From a bacterium (GTDB lineage Bacteria > Hinthialibacterota > Hinthialibacteria > Hinthialibacterales > Hinthialibacteraceae), in assembly GCA_963662285.2 (NCBI GenBank), contig CAXXMV010000008.1:1376001-1440000 (forward strand): DNA of 64,000 bases. The letters are read 5' to 3'. Below are positions 60,272 to 64,000 of the stretch, piece by piece; the first letter of the stretch is position 1; each line of letters begins with the position of its first letter. The notes beneath the pieces are model-generated. The model was not told the DNA's origin. It did no database searches and saw only the letters and a list, made by a program, of their open reading frames with translations. A program made the translations under genes and the position numbers.

Positions 60272-61354
60272 TTATTTCTTGCCACCAATGCCTTGCTTTA
60301 CCCATTCCCAAGCCAGCCGGGGATAATTTGATTTACCGAAAAGGATGCTGGCGGTCAGAAAACATTCATGGGTGCATGAGCAATTAGTCTCAATGATCCA
60401 CTCACGGCAACGCTTCGCGTTTTCAGAATGCCATAATTTATAGAAGTCGGAATGCGCTTTTATGACATTTCCCAGATAGGGATGGGGATTGATTACTCCA
60501 CTGGCGGAAGATAACTCCTTGTCGAGCATTTCGCAGAGATAGACGTCTCCATCAGAATACATTACCCCGATAGCAGAACCGGCCAGACAGGGTATATCAG
60601 ATTTCCCCCGTTTGTCGATTTGTTCTATAGCCTTGCGGGTTAAACGGTTTTTGGCCCTCTGAACTCCCGCTTTCCACGAACGGTCCCGATCCAGATGATA
60701 TCGCTCGCATTTCAAAGCGAATTCCCGGTATTTATCTTCTGCGACATTCAACAGAGATTGATCGCAAGTCTCGCCCCGCACATGGTTTACCGAAAGACGA
60801 TCTACTCCCCACGAGGCAGTCTCATCATACAATGCATCCAATTCATCCTGATTGGCGGCAGTGACTGTCATTACGATGGAAGTTAACAAATTCGGGTGAC
60901 GTTTTTTACATTCCAATAAGGTTTCCACAGTTCGATAAGCATTATCGAAGGCGCCATCCAAGCAGCGGATTGCGTCATGCGCCTCTTTCAATCCATCAAT
61001 TGAAACGCCGATATCCACCACCAGACCGGGGCATAGCGTGAAGAGTTGATCAATGGCTTTCTCTACCCATTCAGGACGGGAACCATTAGTTATTATTCCC
61101 ATCCGCCTGGTATTGGATAACTTATAAAACGCATGCAGCGCTTCGGGCAGGTCTTTACGCAGAAAAGGCTCGCCGCCAGTGACGCGCAGAAAGGGTAAAG
61201 ATTTTATGCTAGCCGCAACTCGTTCTATTTCCTCAAGTTGCATATCCTTATGCTGGTTTATATCATTGATATAGAAGCAGTGACTGCACCTCATATTGCA
61301 GCGGGAAGTTATATAGAATATGAGATATTTAAGATATGGATTATTTATATTCAT
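60272..61354 (-). CDS. Radical SAM protein with SPASM/twitch-like C-terminus
   Basis: CNMRCSHC, TGGEPFLR, SIDG, CLAG...DGDVYLCE, C.CTHEC. Confidence 0.93.
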   Translation of the reverse strand: MNINNPYLKYLIFYITSRCNMRCSHCFYINDINQHKDMQLEEIERVAASIKSLPFLRVTGGEPFLRKDLPEALHAFYKLSNTRRMGIITNGSRPEWVEKAIDQLFTLCPGLVVDIGVSIDGLKEAHDAIRCLDGAFDNAYRTVETLLECKKRHPNLLTSIVMTVTAANQDELDALYDETASWGVDRLSVNHVRGETCDQSLLNVAEDKYREFALKCERYHLDRDRSWKAGVQRAKNRLTRKAIEQIDKRGKSDIPCLAGSAIGVMYSDGDVYLCEMLDKELSSASGVINPHPYLGNVIKAHSDFYKLWHSENAKRCREWIIETNCSCTHECFLTASILFGKSNYPRLAWEWVKQGIGGKK

Positions 61355-61376
61355 TTTAATTAATCAATAATTCTTC

Positions 61377-61490
61377 TATAGCGGCTAACAAAAATATATG
61401 CGCATTGAAAACTTTGGATTTGTTAAAAGTCCCATCTTTTGGGGACTTTTAACAACCGCATAGATGTACGTAGTTTTGAGAATCGCTCTA
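61377..61490 (+). mobile_element. ~114-bp MITE-like element with internal hairpin
   Basis: TATAGCGGCTAACAAAA...GAATCGCTCTA; internal GTTAAAAGTCCC...GGGACTTTTAAC. Confidence 0.7.
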
Positions 61491-61516
61491 AAGAAGAAGG
61501 CGGCATAAGCCGCCTT
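61490..61516 (-). terminator. Intrinsic terminator after amidase
   Basis: AAGGCGGC-ttat-GCCGCCTT then CTTCTTT on the minus strand. Confidence 0.65.
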
Positions 61517-61557
61517 TCCTCGAATAAATCTATTGTATGCTATAAACATTAAGCCGA

Positions 61558-63228
61558 CTATTGAACACGAATTTTGTCGCCGGGGAAAATTTTTGGATTC
61601 TTGGCTGTAAAACCATTTAATCGCTTAATTTTCAAAACCGAGGTACTGTATCTTTTAGCAATCTTATCCAGGGAATCCCCCGATCTTACGGTATAATTAA
61701 GTTGTTTTGCCGAAGCAACGCGAACATTTCCAGAAACAGGAACTTTAATTCTGTTGCCAGGATAAATTTTGGGATTTTTGGCGCTGAAGCCATTCAAGAC
61801 TTTCAAATTTTGCACAGTGGTATGAAAGTCACGTGCGATTTTATCCAACGAGTCTCCCGATCTTACTTTATAAGTAGAATAACTTGAGGTTGAGTTGTTG
61901 GGAGTTGTTTTTTCCGGAGTAGGCATCGCCTTTGGATAAGGTTTCTGCAAAGCGGAGGGATCAGCGGCGATGAAGACTGGTTTTGAAGGTTCAAAGAGAT
62001 GCTGGCAAACGCCTTTATAAACCGCTGCGGCCATTTGGGTTCGATAACTATCGCTACGAATCAACTCGTGATCATCTTTATGGGAAATATAAGCAAACTC
62101 AATCAGAACTGATGGCATTTGCAGATGCTTAATAACGACGAAACCCTTATGCGACAACATGGGATAATCCAAAATCGGCATCCAGGGCAGTTTCTTAATT
62201 TCCTGTGTTATAGCGCCAGCCAGCAATACATTCTTTTCAGGAATGCTCTCCTTGGTCAATTTAGTCATTAACTCCGAAAGGCCGTCAGCCTGTTTCACAT
62301 TAATAACCTTGCTCTCCCAATCTTCGATATCCGGGTTGTATGGAATATTATCGGCCTGATCATTGCCCATGTAATAGATCGAAAAGCCCCGCGTATTTCT
62401 TTGTTTACTGCGCACAATGGAATTCAAATGCAGCGAAAGGTATACATCGCCTTGATACTCTTTAGCCATTTGAACGCGATAGGAAAGAGATTCTCTGCGG
62501 TAATCATTTCTGGAATAACCCTTTAATCCAAATGGAACAGGTAAATAATCGCCATAGCGAGTCAAAAAAACCTTTGTCTTGGGATTAGTCATGAACTGCT
62601 TTTCCAATTGCCGGGCGATATCCAAAGCCATGTCTTTTTCTTTTAGACGGGGATATTTAGTATATCGTCCACCTGTGGCGCCAGAATCCCATGCACCATG
62701 CCCGGCGTCAATAACGACTACCTTGCCGCCATTATTCCTGAATTCCTGAATATCATCTTTTGTTGGGACTTTAGCATGATTAGGGATTTTGAGAGGCAAA
62801 TCGATGGTAACAAGATCAGACCATTTATGCCAAACCATTTTAGACAGGTCTACAGACTCACGGCATGGAATGGTTAAGGTTAGAACACGTGAAGAAGAAC
62901 TGTAATTAAGATCAATGTTGTTTAACAGGACTTCGCTATCAACGGGAAGTTGGTTTGGCTGAGAACCCTGATTAACACCACTAAGTTTAACGGTTAAAAC
63001 CGGGTAATTACCGTTGGATTGACGCTGAATATCGACTTTACTGGCGCCACCGGATAATTCGAGACAGATGTGCGTATAATAGACGTAATCGGCGACAATA
63101 ATTTCATTTAACGCCGAAGTCCTTACACGACCTTCCACATCTCCCGCAAAAAATGGGAGCAATAAAGTCAGCATCAGAAGACGTTTCCAAAGCTGAGTAT
63201 ATGACAAGTGCATCCTAGGAGCCTCCAA
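61558..63228 (-). CDS. N-acetylmuramoyl-L-alanine amidase (Amidase_3) with two LysM domains
   Basis: VVIDAGHG..D.GA, EKD, LTR, LSLHLNS, PSVLIEFAYIS; two Y.VRSGDSLDKIA LysM repeats. Confidence 0.95.
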   Translation of the reverse strand: MEAPRMHLSYTQLWKRLLMLTLLLPFFAGDVEGRVRTSALNEIIVADYVYYTHICLELSGGASKVDIQRQSNGNYPVLTVKLSGVNQGSQPNQLPVDSEVLLNNIDLNYSSSSRVLTLTIPCRESVDLSKMVWHKWSDLVTIDLPLKIPNHAKVPTKDDIQEFRNNGGKVVVIDAGHGAWDSGATGGRYTKYPRLKEKDMALDIARQLEKQFMTNPKTKVFLTRYGDYLPVPFGLKGYSRNDYRRESLSYRVQMAKEYQGDVYLSLHLNSIVRSKQRNTRGFSIYYMGNDQADNIPYNPDIEDWESKVINVKQADGLSELMTKLTKESIPEKNVLLAGAITQEIKKLPWMPILDYPMLSHKGFVVIKHLQMPSVLIEFAYISHKDDHELIRSDSYRTQMAAAVYKGVCQHLFEPSKPVFIAADPSALQKPYPKAMPTPEKTTPNNSTSSYSTYKVRSGDSLDKIARDFHTTVQNLKVLNGFSAKNPKIYPGNRIKVPVSGNVRVASAKQLNYTVRSGDSLDKIAKRYSTSVLKIKRLNGFTAKNPKIFPGDKIRVQ

Positions 63229-63509
63229 TCTTTACTTAACTCCTCCCAGGGAATCAGGAAATAACATAAGTTTCAATAGATATTATATATTTTCATCAAA
63301 TTACATAATTCAAACTAACATAGCACCTTTTCCAGATGATTACAATAGTAAAGTTATTATTTTTTTACGGTTACATCCTTCCGCTTGATGCTCTTTATAA
63401 GTCTTATACATATAACTACCCCCATTAGCGTATGATCGTCATATTATCAGTAAACTTAATTATTTACGGATAATAGCAGTATAGACATATTAAAAACGTT
63501 ATAATATTA

Positions 63510-64000
63510 TTACTTTTTAATAATTCGAGCGCCATCGCCAATACCGCAGATCATAGTTTTGCATGGTCGTCCGTAATGCTCTTCATACAGTGTAGTAATG
63601 GTTTCAATAAATTGATCAACTCGACCCCGTTGAATGAGATTCACCGTCCAGCCAGCGAATCCACCTCCGGTTAATCGGGAACCATAGCAACCATCAAAAT
63701 TAACCGCTTGTTCGACTAACCAATCCAATTCAGGACAGCTGTTTTCAAATAAATCGCGCGAACTCTGATGAGACTGATACATCAATTCGCCTAGTTTATT
63801 GAGATCATTAACCTTAACTGCCGCGATTCCTTGCTGGACCCGTTGATTCTCAAAGAAAACATGGCGCGCCCTCATGCGTTGCACTTCATCAAGTACATCT
63901 TCATTACTGGTGAATTCTTGCATAGAAATATCGCGCAATAATTTAACCGGACGCCCCAGACGTTCGCCCAGGACGCTTGCGGCGCCTTCGCATTGCGCCC
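63510..64000 (-). CDS. galK: Galactokinase, C-terminal part (5' end off window)
   Basis: Frame is open to the window edge (AQCEGAA...LLRDI); RARHVFFENQRV, LGELMYQSHQS, SCPELDWLV, GSRLTGGGFAG. Confidence 0.88.
   Translation of the reverse strand, partial: AQCEGAASVLGERLGRPVKLLRDISMQEFTSNEDVLDEVQRMRARHVFFENQRVQQGIAAVKVNDLNKLGELMYQSHQSSRDLFENSCPELDWLVEQAVNFDGCYGSRLTGGGFAGWTVNLIQRGRVDQFIETITTLYEEHYGRPCKTMICGIGDGARIIKK

Noticed and set aside
61570-61880. Nucleotide repeat in the amidase 3' region
   Set aside because: Explained by two tandem LysM domains.

Overview
Bacterial chromosomal window from a diderm organism (lpxH, an MsbA-like exporter and an outer-membrane beta-barrel are present). The pilin-like and exported-protein styles resemble uncultured Sumerlaeota/Hinthialibacterota-type lineages, but this taxonomy is my inference only. 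The left 15 kb is a sigma54-controlled export locus: an NtrC-family regulator, a histidine kinase with no periplasmic sensor domain, one membrane-fusion protein, one ATPase, and at least four tandem ADOP/MacB-type permeases. The permeases are highly divergent, yet the three with visible 3' ends share near-identical final ~57 nt. The remainder mixes housekeeping genes (mutL, recQ, rho, coaE, polA, lpxH, dapA, recF, sixA, galK, amidase) with accessory exported proteins: a doubly frameshifted WapA-like/DNRLRE gene, a PorV/FadL-like barrel, two orphan pilin-like genes, a GGM-tailed protein, a TPR pseudo-C39 protease and a degenerate GmhB. Intergenic DNA carries a ~110-bp MITE family (4 copies) and several REP-like families. 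I recognised no rRNA, tRNA, CRISPR array, transposase or integrase.
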